A stretch of DNA of 64,000 nucleotides, from NCBI GenBank assembly GCA_003971905.1, contig RSEE01000008.1, forward strand, positions 744,001 through 808,000, in the 5' to 3' direction. Below are positions 50,245 through 61,224 of the stretch, one piece after another. A model generated the notes under the pieces. It was not told where the DNA came from, did not search any database, and was given only the letters and a program-made list of their open reading frames with translations. Each line of letters begins with the position of its first letter. Positions within the stretch are counted from its first letter, which is position 1. The DNA is from Moniliella sp. 'wahieum' (taxonomy: Eukaryota). The translations under genes and the position numbers were made by a program.

Positions 50245-51497
50245 GGTGGACAGTCTGGGGGGGGGAGAGGGAGGAGGAGGAGGAGGAGGTGGTGGTGGTG
50301 GTGGTGGTAGTCGCAGCGGTAAAGGTGGCCAGGGATGAGATATGAGTGAGAAAGCGGACAGGGTCAAAGAGGGTGGGCTGCCGATGGTGCCATCGATGCG
50401 GGGGAAAATTTCAACCTCCCAGCCCACTGCCCCCCCTGTTGGACTGCGTGGGCGCCGGGGTCCTGGCGCGTCACGTGCAGCGCTCTGATGTGGCAACCAC
50501 CCAATGGCTACTGGGGCATAGCGTCAGCCTGATGCCATCTGACTGGGGCCAGCTTCGGCCGCCGAAATGGAGCAAGATGAGGCCGATGAAGATAGGCCGA
50601 CCACATGAATGTCGAAGCCAGCAAGTAATCGATATCGACGCACAACCTCCATCTCCATCTGCATGATCCCCTGGCTGGAGCTCACATGCTCAGCGCTCAC
50701 AGCGCTTACACGCTCATACCTGTGATGGGCATTGTATCTTACGCAATACACCTCTGAGGGTGTCACGCATGAGCAGACGTGAGCGTTTGTGACATGTGAG
50801 CCCGCAGCATCCTGACCGGCCGGTGACCGGTGACCCTGGGATAACGCAGGTACTGAATACACCTGCCGATTGACATGCATGACAAGATCTACGTGACTAA
50901 GTCCCGTCTCTGATACCGATACCGATAGTTGTGGTGAAGCTTGAGTGACTAGTGAAGCTTGAAGCTTGAAGCTTGAAGTACTTTTGAACGAAGAAAGAAC
51001 TCTGGGTCTGAATGTGAGGATGAGGCGCTGGGGGCGATAGCAAGTCCCGTCTATTCTGTCATTGAGACAGATGGAGATGGGCTGGGGCTGAAGCTCTGAA
51101 GCTTGAAACGCAGCTCACTGATGTACTGATGGAGGATGCACTGTTGTTGGGGAGTGGAGGTCATGTCGACGATCATCGATCATCGCTCAATAGATGATCA
51201 CCCGGTTATCGACTGCCGCTTGCAAGTGAACACGACTAATTATAACAGGGCCTAGCAGCGGCTGGCGTTGACCGATGATCAATCGATCAATATCAATATC
51301 GTGGTTCCTGATGAAGCAGCGCCGACACTGCTCGGGTGGCTCGGGTGGCTCGGGTGCGTTTGTGCGCAGCACACTTCCTCTGCGCAGCATGAATGCCAAG
51401 CGTCTCACGCTGAGGCGCACCCGGGCGTTGCTGGCGGCACTTGGGCGTCTAACCCCACGGCTGCTTCCGCCTCTCCTCCTCCAACCCTTTCCTCACC

Positions 51498-52693
51498 ATG
51501 GCCGACAGCGGTCCACTCGGGCCACCGTCCCTCTCGAAGGAACGGCCACCCTGCTCGCTGCCCCCTTCGCCGCTCCCCTCACCGCCGCCTCCCGCTCCAC
51601 TCTCCTGTCCCCGGCCTCCTCCGACGCCTCGTCGTCTTACGCTTCAGTTCTGCCAGGCCCCCTGCCGGCGTGGCGAGCCTCGACACCGCTTTGGTCCCTT
51701 GCCTCCCTTCGTATCGTGCTTCGTGTCGGCCTGCTGTTCTCCTTTACCGCCGTGGTAGTGGGCAGCCTGCTGAGCCTGCCTGTGAGCCTGCCCACAACAC
51801 ACGGACACGGCCTCATGCTCTGACCCACCTCACCCTTCCTGAAATTCGCGCCATGGCCAGTGGACTCAGGACCTACGCCCATCTACGTGGTCCGCCGCCG
51901 TCCACACTTGGCTCGCCCTCGCCTTGCTTTACCTGTGGAAGCAGGCTTGGACCATTCCCGGCGCTGATTCTCAACGTATTTCGGTATGCTATGGCACCTA
52001 TGCCGCCACCCTGACACATCGTTCCTCACTTCCACGGGGGGGGTCCTCTGTTATCTCCTTTGCCTCCCGCTGGGCCCCGTGCTGGACCAGCTGCCGGGCG
52101 TGCAAAAGCCTTTGAGGGCCGTGCGTAGTGCTTTACCTGCCAAGGGGGAACCCCGTTCGATCGGCACCTACCTTCTTCTCCTTCGCCTTGTGCCCGTGGT
52201 TCCGTGGGGCCCCATGAACATGTGCTGTGCGATGCTTCGCATTCCTCTTCTGGCCTTTTGGTCTTCCTTCCTGCTGGGAAGTGTGCCGTGGAACGTGGTC
52301 ACGACCCAGGTAGGCGAAATCCTGCACGATCTATTGGACGCGACGGCCCAGTCAGCCATGGAACCGGGTACGACTGGCATGCACTTTATCACAGCCAAAT
52401 TGTATTCCCCTGAGATGGTGATCAAGCTGGTTTTGTTGACCGTAGCCTCGCTCGTGCCGATGGCTGTGCAGTACCTGCTCAAGCGCCGACGCCAACAGGA
52501 ACCTGACCCAGCCCCTTACGGTCGCCTCGACAATCTCGTTCCAGCTGAGAACGAGGCCGACCTGTCGTCGTCTTCACTCGCTCCATGGCATGCTCCCATC
52601 CCCCTCTCCCTCTTTCCCCCGCACCATCGTTCGACCCATACCAAATCACCTTCATTTCCTCCCCGCACGCCTTCCCCTCGCACCACCTTTTGA
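51498..52693 (+). CDS. VTT/DedA (SNARE-associated) membrane protein, TMEM41/Tvp38-like, frameshifted
   Basis: QAWTIPG; YLLLLRLVPVVPWGPMNMCCAMLRIPLLAFWSSFLLGSVPW motif; several hydrophobic segments. Confidence 0.75.
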
Positions 52694-53692
52694 CCCCACA
52701 CCTGCACGCATGGCACCCTCTTGGTCACCGTGTCCTTGTTCCTGCCCAGCGTCTGGTACGCACAGGCTTTCCATTTCTCTTCTATGCACCTGCCCCCCCC
52801 TCGAAGCTCCACTGCCTCGATGGCCAGCCACCCCCTGTTCCATTGTACAGTAATATTCACATGCCATTGCATCTTCCTTTTCCCGCGCCGCACACCTCCA
52901 TTGCACAACCGTCAATCCGTCCCCTCACTTGGGGTTGAAGAACGTGTCCAATAGGGCGCCTGTGCTCAGTGAACTTGCCCGCAGTGTCACGGGCGGGCCC
53001 CGCCAGGGGTTCGCCCGGGGTTTGGGGGTACAATCCCTTAGGAGACGGTAGGTCGACTCACGGTAGTTCGGGGCTTCTTGGGCTGGTTGGTGAATCCGAG
53101 CGGGGCGAGGGACGAGGATGATGCAGAGGTGGACAAGCACTGCCTCAAATGAGACGGGATAGAGACTGGAAATAGACGCGGCCGAAGGAGGGCTCGCGGA
53201 CTGGACTGGTAGAGTGCTGGAGGACGAGGTCGGGAGAGTAATCGGGAGCTAACACAAGAGGATCCTGCCCGTGCTGGATCAATTGGTTGGAAAACGGGCA
53301 GGAGTCGGACAGGATAGGTGGGAAAGGACGAGAGGGTGGAAGAGAGGGATGCCGAGAGAGGACGAGAAGGGAAGGTGGGGGAACGGATCCACATCAACCT
53401 GGGGTACAGGCAAAATCAAAAGGGAAACGGACACAAGAGGGGGTGTAGAAAGGAAGGCCCGTCAAAAGAGAGGTTGGTCACCGCAGGCGCGACCGAGAAA
53501 CGAAAAGGAAACGGGGACTCCCCCACGTCCGGGAGCGTATGGTGTGATAAGTAGACGGGCAGAATAGGGGAATGGAGGCGATTAGTGCAATGGGGGCGAT
53601 TGAGGCGATTGAGGTGAGGTATCTTGCCGTGGCTGGTCAGTCGAGTTGGCCGGGGCTGGGACTGACAAGAAGAGAAGAAAGGTAGTTAGGTC

Positions 53693-55652
53693 CTAGGTCC
53701 CCCCGCACGTCACAGCGTCGCCATCTCGCTCTACCTGAGCCAACCGGTATACTGTCGGGAAATACAACATACCGAACGGAGTGACCAATGTAAGGTTGGA
53801 ATCGCCCCTGCCAAAAAGTAAGGTAACTGGCCGCCTTGCAGACTCGCTTGTTCTCCCGCTCGGCATCCCTGCCATGTTGCCCCTATCTGTGGATCCCCAA
53901 GAGCTGCCTAGGAGGGAAGACTGAGCAGCGCGCCACGGTTGCAAGGTGCTCTTGTGCCTCCGTTCGCTCTGGTCCAACGTGCGAGGTGGTGCATGACCCG
54001 TCAGGGCCGTCTTCATTGGCTTGGACACCGCACGAGGGAGCAACGAGGCTGATTCCACACGATGCGCATCCAGTGCCTTTGCGATACTAGCCAAAGTCAG
54101 CGGGACTGGCAACGTCGATTCGGGCACCTTCTGGGCGTCGCTGATGAGCGGATATATCACTTGGCCGTACGCGCGCGTGCGCAGGGGCAGGGTGATCACG
54201 TTGCGTTCCAAGTTGGCGCTTTTGGCCGCCTCGTCCAATTGGAACTGGCTGATTTTGAACCACCTGGTGTCCGTGCCTTGCGTCCTAACCGCTGGCCCCA
54301 TTCCAACGATTACGATCGACAGACTGATCGCCACGCTCGGCCAGAAGAGAAAGGTAATCGGATCGGTGGACCAAGAAGCCGCGGAAAACAGGCCCAGACG
54401 GGCAGGGGCAGGCCCATTATGTATCCAATTCCTTGCTTCCTGATTCGGCCGGATCCACTCCATATCAACCCGAACAGCTGCATTAGCGCGCATGTCCTCC
54501 GAGACTGAAGAAAAAACCACCATCGTATCGCCCCAGTGCCCTAACGCCTGGATCAGCTCGTCCCAGCTCTCGGCACGAACGACAAAGAACGGATACTGGG
54601 ATTCCCCTTCAGTTGGTCCGATCATTAGGGGGGCACCCTGCCGGGGATCCCGGAAGAGGGGAATGGTGTTGGGAAGGGCGGAACAGGTCTCTGCGGATGT
54701 GGATGTGGATGCGGATGCGGATGCGGAGATGTCGGGTCGAGCCCACACAGACGTCCGTGTCGCAGCTGGATTTTGCGGGAAGGAGAGAGGTTGAGGCTCA
54801 AATGGTGTCCGGGTCCAGCCCCATTCGATGAAGGGACCCGAGCCCGTCCGTGATTGGACCCGGTGGGGAGCCTCCCTGGTGATTGCGCTAGCATCAGTAC
54901 CAGAAAGGGGATGCTCGTTGGGAGACCGAACCGAAGCCTGCCGAGCTCGTGAGTGTGGGTCCGAAATGGAGCGTTGGGCCGAGGAGGGAGACGGCGGGCG
55001 CGGTTTGCGGAAAGGAAGAGACTGGCTCCGCCCAACACCTTCGTGATGTGAGGATTCTTGGTTTCCCATGGCCGCCCCGAGGAAGAGATGGGTGAGTCGT
55101 AGAGAATTGGGGAACACATGGGCTGATATGAGGGGCGTAATGGGGGGAGATGGATGAGAGTTACTTTGGGGTTGTGCACACAGCACTTCAGCCCAAAACG
55201 CGTCTTCTGCCTGGTCACGCCGCCAGCATTCGGCCTGGTACTCGTGTTGACTCGCTTCCATGGCTCGCTTCGTATCGCGTTCAAACGCTTCTTCTTCTGT
55301 TGCCTATCGAATTCCCGGGGTTTTGCTGCTTCCGCACGCGAAGCGGCCAAGGCGAGATGTAACTCCCATTCCTCACGTGGGTTTTCGCGCGCTTGCTCTT
55401 GCGCTTCACGGCGTGAATTCTCTAGGGCCAACGCCAGCTCAGGGTCAGGGTCCGAGTCAGGCTCAGGGTCCCAAAAGTCATCATGTGTTTGACCTTGCTC
55501 TTCCTCCTCCCGTAGAGCAGGGGCCATAGTAACAACTTGCTGCTGCGCCATTCGTTCCGCTTCTCGTCGCGCTTCTTCCTCCTTCCTATTAGTCGTCAAA
55601 GAAGCAGCAATAGCTCTGCGCAAGTCAGGATCTTCATCTTCGGGTGTGCGCT

Positions 55653-55697
<45 letters not shown>

Positions 55698-55906
55698 CCA
55701 TCGTCATCGCCATCGTCATCGCCATCGTCATCGCCATCGTCATCGCCATCGTCATCGTCATCGTCATGGCCATTGTCGGCCTCGTTATTGTCCGCGTCTT
55801 CGTAATGAGCGACATCCTTGTCATAATGACCATCGCTTTGAGCACAGTGGTTGGCGTCGTTGGCGTCGGTGATACCAAACATATCGTGTGTCGTTGTTGT
55901 CTTCAT
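53693..55906 (-). CDS. Hypothetical protein with poly-Asp tract and 3-4 ubiquitin-interacting motifs; frameshifted, may be two genes
   Basis: EDEDPDLRRAIAASL, DPDPELALALENSRREA, EEWELHLALAASRAEA and RDTKRAMEASQHE; continuous ORF 53693..55261 downstream. Confidence 0.55.
55655..55767. repeat. (TCATCG)/(CCATCG) hexamer microsatellite encoding D/DG repeats on the minus strand
   Basis: About 19 hexamer units. Confidence 0.9.
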
Positions 55907-57159
55907 CGTGGTCCCTGAGGGAGACCAAGGAATCGTGAGAGATGTGAGGAAGAGGATAATTCCAAACAGAATGATGAGGGAAGGGGAAGGGGAAGGGAAG
56001 AGGAAGAGGAAGAGATGGGCACAGCAGAAGAGACAGCCACAGGGGAAGTAGAGGTTGGTTCCGAGTCGATTCTGGAATGGGCTGGACACTCTTCCTGCTC
56101 CAGCGATGCGCCAGGCGGGTCTTCAATCACCCGGATTGTTGCCAGCCTTGACAGCAGGGGCGTTGTTGTGCGATGGCGCTGCGACATGTGGGTAGAGTAG
56201 TGGAGCGTATAGTAGTTGTGGAGAGAGCCGATGTGGAGGAGGGGTGTGGGGGGGTTAGACCAGCGTGGGTAGTGAGCTTGCTATCACTGGAATGTGTGTT
56301 TGGGTTATTGGTGGTGGGGAGGAGTGGTAGTGAAGATGGAGTGGTAGTGAAGATGGAGTGGTTGAAGGGGAGGTGTGTTGGAGACAGTAAATCAGGGGCC
56401 TGATCGGCAGAAGGGTCTATATATACTCTCTCGGGTCAGAGAGAGGAGAATGAAGACTGGAGAGTGTTCCAGTGTGAGAGGGCCGCGATGAAATATGCTG
56501 CCATTGAGCTTGAAGCCTGTGGGCCACACGGTTCGGAGCTTATTCTCTCCTCCTTGATATATACACACACACCAACACACTACCCTGTGGGTATTCCTAC
56601 AGTGTACGTGCACCGCCCTCTCCCTATATTATCCATCACAACGTCTTCTCGACGCTGTTGCGGTCGCTACAGCTGTCGCATCTGTGACATGTGACAAAAG
56701 AACCAGTGGTATAGATAGTCCGCGTGAGAGGGAGAGGAGATGAGGGTTTGGATCCAAGAGACTGAGGAAAGAGAGAGAGGTGCCCTGTTAGACGTTAGGG
56801 GCAGAACATATAGGGGAGAGTCGTCTAGACCAGCGCCACAACCGACCGGTGATGTGGAACCAGCTATACAGGCGTGATGCATGGCGCATGATGTATGATG
56901 CATGATGCATGATGCATGATGGCGCTGACAGCACCGCGACTGCCGCTGCAGTTTTTGCTTATTCAGTTGTCTCCTGGGCCGATTAGGCGCAGCCTGTCTC
57001 TTTGTCCCAGCCTGAAGGTCTGAAAATGATGTGGCTGCTGTACGGTGTAGACACGAGCATGGCATTCTAGATGGGCCTTGTTGAGCCGCGGGTGCCTCGT
57101 GCTTTGGCCCATGTCCCTTCACTTCCTCCTCAGGCCTAGAAGTACCGCTGTTTTCTCCT

Positions 57160-57160
<1 letters not shown>

Positions 57161-57192
<32 letters not shown>
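57161..57192. repeat. Poly(T) tract of 32 nt
   Basis: Direct reading. Confidence 0.9.
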
Positions 57193-57196
<4 letters not shown>

Positions 57197-57513
57197 GTCC
57201 CGCAGCTTAGCCCCTGATGGCGACTCGCTGCTTGATGTTTCTGTACTAAGGCATTGCTGGTTGCCACACCACCACCACTAGTGCGGTTGCATCACTCTTG
57301 AGGACCATCCGGACTACAGATCTCATCAGGCCTCATGTTCTCAGACCTCTCTCCTGTCTTCAACGCGTCGGCTTCAGTACCTGCTACGTACTCGAATCCC
57401 GCCTGCAAAGCTCATCAAGCAACACCACAGCGTCCTCGCGTCAACCCCCCATCATCAATTCCAGTCAAAAAAGCAGCCTTGAAGGCTTTGGTAGGAGGGA
57501 GAGAAAAAGAGAA

Positions 57514-57609
57514 TGACGAGAGTGGGATTCGAACCCACGCCCCGGAGGACTGCGGTTAAAGGTTGGAGCCACCTTAACACAGCGCGTTAGACCACTTCGC
57601 TATCTCGCC
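57514..57609 (-). tRNA. tRNA-Leu(AAG) with 16-nt intron (57556-57571)
   Basis: GGCGAGA/TCTCGTC acceptor stem, A73, D-loop GG, anticodon stem CTGTG/CGCAG around TT-AAG-G, long variable arm, GGTTCGAATCC T-loop, and a downstream TTTTT Pol III terminator. Confidence 0.93.
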
Positions 57610-57989
57610 GCATGAGATGCCAGAGTGGGATCATGGGGGGCAGGACGGATGGAGGTGCGACGGGTGTATACGCGGTGGGCCATGTGGGTAGGAGTGGGCG
57701 TGAGGATGAGGACCGTCAATCAAGTTGGTCAGCCCATCAATCAGCCTCTCTCATGCCGCCTACTACTTCTACCACGTTCGGCGTCCGCCCAGGCACTCCA
57801 TGGCCCTGCCTCAGGTGCCCTCTCAGATCTCAGGCCTCTCATCCTGCCTCTCACGGCCCCGCACGGCTGCTGTATGGTGCTGCCACGCCCAGGTAGGGTT
57901 CGCACCTGCGCGGCCCCCTGCGTCGGGTACTGCTGTGCTTGCGTGTTCTTCTTCTTCCTTGTTGCAGTCATCGATCTCTTCGGACGCAA

Positions 57990-58620
57990 AACACTTCAGC
58001 CCAAACGCTTCCTCCCGGCCCGGCTGGCGTTCAGCCAGGTACAGGTCATGGTCGTATTGACTCAGATCCATGGCTAGCCTCAGCTCCCAGACAAACTCCA
58101 GCTCTTTTGTGCATGGCGTTCCAGGGATTCTACTTCCATATGCGAAGCGGCCAAGGCGACCTGTAACTCCCTTTCCTCGAGTGTTGTTTCACGCGCTTGC
58201 TTTCTTGCGCTTCACGGCGTGAATTCTCTAGGGCCAACGCCAGCTCAGGGTCAGGGCCCCAAATGTCATCATGTGTCTGACCTTGCTCTTCCTCCTCCAC
58301 TGGAGCAGGGGCCATAGTAACAACTTGCTGCTGCGCCATTCGTCCGTTTCTCGTCGCGCTTCTTCCCGTTCAGTTTGCTCTCGCGCTGACTCGGCCAGAG
58401 CATCGTTCAGAGCCCGTTGCGCTTCCTCCTGCTCCCTTGTATCCGCAAAGAGGCAGCGATAGCTCTGAGAACTCGGGATTTCGTCTTCGGTTTCGGTTTC
58501 GTTTCGGTTTCGGTTTCGTCTTCGGTTTCGGTTTCATCATCGTCATGGTCATCGTACATCGAGTGAGCGGTGTTATTGGCGTGTTGGCATCGTTCAGGCC
58601 AAAATATCTCACGTCGTCAG
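57990..58620 (-). pseudogene. Truncated or degenerate duplicate of the 5' part of the UIM gene
   Basis: Shares MAQQQVVTMAPA..EEEEQGQTHDD.W..DPELALALENSRREAQE with 55180-55640; (GAAACC)n replaces the poly-Asp repeat; homology ends near 57990. Confidence 0.6.
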
Positions 58621-60393
58621 GAGGGAGAGGAGGGAAGGGGGGGGGAAAACGGGTGGGGTAGAGAAGGGAGGGGAAGGGAAGAAGGGGGAGGGGAATAAGC
58701 AGGGCATCGTCCACTGGGGTCGTTTCGGGAAATAGGGAGGAAGCTCTTCGTACTCCGCCAATACGCGAGGCTCAGGATCATACACTCGGATTGATGGCAG
58801 CCTTGTCAGAAATATGATCTGGCGCGGGGGCGATAGGGCATAATGAATAAGAGCAAGTGGAGAATAGATGCGGGGCCGGTGTGGAGGGGGAAGACCAGCG
58901 CGGGCGATATGCGCTGCCACAGAATTGTTTATTGGTTTGGTGGAGAACAGAGACCGAGGATGAGCGATGAGATCTGAGAGCGAATGGAGGAGTGCGGGAG
59001 GAAATAAACCAAGAGAGGATAAAGCTACTAAGCTGGATATCGACAGGGTCATATATACTTGGCGTTTCTACTTCAATTCTCTGCACATAGTGTGGCCCCC
59101 GGTGGGATGGATTTTGGGTCCCAGCACGACTAGTGAGACGCAAAAGGGGGATGAAGACTGATATGTGCTCGATTAACTAGTAACATGAGAGGGTCGAGAA
59201 AGACGCTTCCATTGGGTGTACCTGGGCCACACGATTCGGAGCTTACGCGCTTGGTGATGCATCCTCATATTGTACATTCTGATATGATTTACAGAACTTA
59301 ACTGGCTGCGCCAAACAAACGCTGCACCTAAACCGTCCTGCTCACATCCGGCGTGTGCTGCTTTTATTGTTGGCATCAAATCCCAAAGTTAGGACACCAC
59401 CGCGGGGTCGCCAATAGACCAGTGCCTCTGGCTCCACCGCCCTTTGCTCTCAAACTGGATGTAGCGCGCGTGGATAAGAATGAGCGTGTGTGGTAGACAT
59501 GTTTGCCATATAAGTGGTGAATGTCGGCCGGGTGAACCACATCTCCAACGAGATCAATGAGACTCTTCATCAGTTAATTATATACTAAAGGGTAAGTAGG
59601 ATCTTATATATAGCCGAGATTATACTATTAGTAGGACGGCGTTAGGCATCGCCCCAACAGCTCCGCCACGACGCATGCGGACGAGGCGGTGAGGGGCGAA
59701 GGGCACCATGGCCAAGTAGCACCACACCACCAGCCTCGTGTGGGAAGAGAGCATGGGCGCAGGACGAAGGTGCCGAAATTTATTATTGGCAAACGTCTTT
59801 TCTTCAATGACAGCCTCCCCCCCTCAGGGAGGGCAACTCGGACCGCGTACGGTTGGAAGAGCGCGAAGAGGTGGTGTCCGGGTTGACGAGGCATACACCG
59901 GCGTTGCGGTCCCAAGGTTGCGTTGGCCTCTATGCGGACAGAGGAACATCAAGCAGCCAGTCGCCACCAGAGTCTAACTTGCGGAACAAGGAAAACAGGA
60001 GGGAGAAAAACAATGGAACTCCTACGCTGCGGACTAAAGGAGACGTTACCACCCACATATCACACGAGCGACCCACGGTGGCTCAAACGTGGGTGGCTCA
60101 ACACACCAATAATTATGCGCAGTCCGATTGAGAGACGCTTCGGTGCTGTGTGTGATAATAGAAAAAAACGGTCTGCCCCCTCTCTCCTTGGACGAGGGAG
60201 GGTAGCTGGGCCGCAGGAGGGCCAAAAGGCGCTGAATGCCGGCAGGGGCAGCAAGCTAGAGGCCAGAAAGACGTTGGCTGCGGTGTGGAGGGTGTGTGCC
60301 TGTTGGTACAGAGGGCTTTGCACTGTGCGCCGCGCCTGATGAGTCGCGGACGGTCGTTGCCAGGAAGCGTCAGGAGGGGAATGAAAAAGAAAG

Positions 60394-60487
60394 TGACGAG
60401 AGTGGGATTCGAACCCACGCCCCGGAGGACTGCGGTTAGGGGGGGAGCTCCTTAACACAGCGCGTTAGACCACTTCGCTATCTCGCC
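60394..60487 (-). tRNA. tRNA-Leu(AAG) with 14-nt intron (60436-60449)
   Basis: Exons identical to the 57514-57609 copy; different intron; T-run terminator downstream. Confidence 0.93.
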
Positions 60488-60573
60488 GCGTGGGGGCTGG
60501 TCAATGTGCAGGTGGGGGGGATGGATGGGGTGCAACGGGGATATGCGCTGGTGGTCCATGTGCGTGGTGAGAG

Positions 60574-60728
60574 CGCTAGTGAGTACTGAGTACCACTGAG
60601 TACCGCTGAGTCTCAGTGTACGCCTCACTAGCTTCACTAGTTACTAGTTACTAGTCACTAGTCACTGCTCAGCTGAGCCTCAGCGTTGAGCAGCAGTGTC
60701 GTGGGCGCGCGCTGAGCCTGAGCGCTGA
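60574..60728. repeat. Dense palindromic heptamer cluster including (ACTAGT-Y)4
   Basis: ACTAGT at 60636, 60643, 60650 and 60657; AGTACT-G units near 60582; GCTCAGCTGAGC. Confidence 0.85.
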
Positions 60729-61224
60729 CGCGGGAGAGACGCGTGATGCGTGAGGACGAGGACCGTCGATCATCGATCACGCTTCCGAGCGGAGGGCTGG
60801 GGGCGGCTGCTGAACGCGATTGCACCGATTGGTGCGGCGGGATGTCACATGCTTCATCACATGCCGCCTGCAACTTCTACCAGCGTTCGGTATCCGCGGA
60901 GGCACTGTCGGGCGCTGTCCAGCACTGCCTTGCACGGCCGCGCGCGGCGGCTGTGTGCTGCAGCCGCCCGGTAGGGTTCGCTTCGGCGCAGCCCCCTGCG
61001 TCTGACGTCATGTCAGCGATCGCCCCCGCGCACCGGGGCGCTGTGGGGCGCGGGCGGCTGCGCTGCTGCTGTGCGGGCACCCGCCCGCTGTTCCCCCTGC
61101 GTCGCCCGGGCTCTCGCGGCGGCGGCCAGCGCAGGCAGCTGCCCTCCGCTTCCTCGCCTAGCCCTCGCCTCTACACTCGCCCACGCCCCGCCCCCCCCCC
61201 CACCACCCATCCCCATCCCCACGC

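Noticed and set aside
57161..57609. tRNA head plus body plus poly(A) on the minus strand resembling a SINE
   Set aside because: The tRNA is intact, retains its intron and has its own T5 terminator; no flanking TSD
57514..60487. Anticodon reassignment or tRNA-targeted integrative element (attL/attR)
   Set aside because: Leu identity features (A73, long variable arm) agree with the AAG anticodon; both copies are full length and no integrase lies between them
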